Below the pieces are notes generated by a model. That model was not told the DNA's origin. It was given only the letters and a program-made list of their open reading frames with translations, and did not search any database. A stretch of DNA of 64,000 bases from Podarcis gaigeae (lineage: Eukaryota), in assembly GCA_964106915.2 (NCBI GenBank), contig OZ066916.1. The stretch is one strand, 5' to 3'. The translations under genes and the position numbers were made by a program. Each line of letters begins with the position of its first letter. Within the stretch, counting starts at the first letter, position 1. This document shows positions 62,291-64,000 of the stretch, piece after piece.

Positions 62291-63819
62291 CCCCTGCTTA
62301 CGAATTTAATATACTCTAACAGAGTGGAAAGGGTGAAATGGCTGCTGAGTGATACTGATGACTTTGTAACTTATAAAAGTAGCATTATATGCGCTGGCAG
62401 CTAAAAAGATCAGGAGAAAAGAGCTAGATAAAATAGCGGTCAACTGCAAAGGGGATTTGGACATTTAAGCTGGCATATTTTACCTTAGATTTCCCTGCTA
62501 TTCTAGTTTATGCAACAAATAATCTCTAGGAGACTTGTCGTGGTTTATTGCTAAATGTTTTTTTAAATGTTTTTATGGTTATTGTTGTTTTTCCTTTTGT
62601 TCTCCTTGTGAACAACGCCATGGCCTTTGGCTAGAGCAATAAAGTTTATGAATTGAATTGATATTAAATTGTTTAGGGTGGCTAAAACAAAAAAAGAGTG
62701 TGATGAGCTTTGAAGGAATCTCTTCAGATTGGGTGAATGGACAGGTGGCAGATGCAATTCAGTGTAAGCAGACATAGGCTGATGTGCATTGGGGTGTTTT
62801 TTTTTTCTAATTTCACATATATGCTTGTGGAGACAGGTCATCAGGGACAACTCTTTGGGTCAATCACTCTGACACTCTGACCCACACCTGCACTTACTGT
62901 CCTTTTGTCATCAGGTGACATACTGTAAGTGGTTACCTTAGATGGCTCCTCTGCCATGGACTCCCCGCTGAAATACATACCCTGCCTCACGGCCACCACA
63001 AGCACAATTTCCCAGTGGGAATGATGAGTTGTTATGAGTTTCAAAGCAACATTTTCAAAGACTCTTCAAAGTAACATTTGCTCAAAACTAATCTACTCCT
63101 ATCAGAAATATTTGCTATTCTTCACAAAGGCGATTTCTCCTCATTTCATTCTGCTTTATCAGACTTGTATGTCTTTTTAAAAAAATGTTTAAAAATGATG
63201 TTCCCTCTTCATTGCCCTTATTTTTTCAATTCTGTATGACACAGGCTAACAAACAAATTTTTTCCACACAATGTTTCATGTTCCATTAATTGATGGCCTA
63301 GCCTTCTTCCTTTACAATATATTTCAATTATTTCCCCTCTAACTGTGGCTGATAATCAGTACATCATCTGTTTAATTTTGGCTCAATGCCAAGTCACACA
63401 TTATGGGTAACACTGATGTTTGTGGGGTTTTCCCCCCTAATGAAAAGTAGTGACCTTAAGTTCAGCAGAGTAGCTGTCTAACTCTTTTGCCTTCAATTGG
63501 CTTTGTTTTGTTTTTTGTATTGCAAATTATGCTTCTACAAGCTGCATTTATCTTTGAAGAGGAAGAGATACTCAGACCTGTATTGTTTCTCCTGCTGTGG
63601 GGAAAGCATTGTGGGGGTGATGTTGAGTGAATAATGGATTGGAAGGACCTTCCCTTTACCTGCTCCTGACTGCAACCTGCCCTACCTGCTATTTAAGAAG
63701 CTCTTCCCTAAGAAGGTTGGAGAAAAGCTAGATGTGACTGCTTAATGTGCAGCTACATTCAGAACAGATCTCTAGGCAACAGATGTCACACTACAGATGT
63801 TGTTATGCTGTTGGATCTT

Positions 63820-63918
63820 GACTGGCCCAGAGTCACCCAGTGATCTTCAAGGTTAAGTGAGGATTCAAACTCTGATCTCCTAGCCCAACACATTGACCAT
63901 TACACTGCACTGGCTGTC
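63820..63918 (-). mobile_element. MIR/CORE-like SINE 5' part
   Basis: GACTGGCCCAGAGTCACCCAGTGA.CTTCA.GG.TAAGTGAGGATTCAAAC (reverse B-box)...ACCATTACACTGCACTGGCT. Confidence 0.75.
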
Positions 63919-64000
63919 TCTCCAAGTTACACTGTGCCTCTGTGCAGTTATACAAAAGTATTGGTGAGAAAGGAATTAGGCCAGAAGCTCCACCTGCTTC

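Noticed and set aside
1-64000. CRISPR arrays, prokaryotic operons, tRNA/rRNA genes, endogenous viral genes
   Set aside because: Eukaryotic repeat-rich DNA with no regularly spaced repeat-spacer array. tRNA-like boxes occur only in decayed SINEs, and no viral protein motif was recognised in the ORF track.

Overview
AT-rich, CpG-depleted vertebrate nuclear DNA with two sized assembly gaps. The repeat content (Squam3-like and MIR/CORE-like SINEs, an RTE-BovB tail, CR1, L2, L1, a Penelope-type element, hAT/TcMar/Harbinger-type MITEs, a Gypsy-type solo LTR) points to a squamate, most likely a lacertid lizard. I recognise no intact host protein-coding exon; the six-frame ORFs are transposon fragments, simple-repeat artefacts or chance. 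The window looks like a large intron or gene desert with several CpG-retaining, non-repeat blocks (possible enhancers or conserved elements) and three candidate minus-strand exons, one ending in ATG|GTAAGT. The most notable object is a ~200-bp Penelope-type insert (52972-53170), nested in a CR1, whose 64-bp near-perfect inverted repeat encloses and overlaps a complete minimal hammerhead ribozyme motif. Several unrelated local fold-back duplications (1560-1649, 17077-17118, 26557-26766) and an L1-5'-like/solo-LTR junction without TSD are also notable. Repeat family names come from recalled consensus motifs, not from a database search. Boundaries of old elements are approximate.
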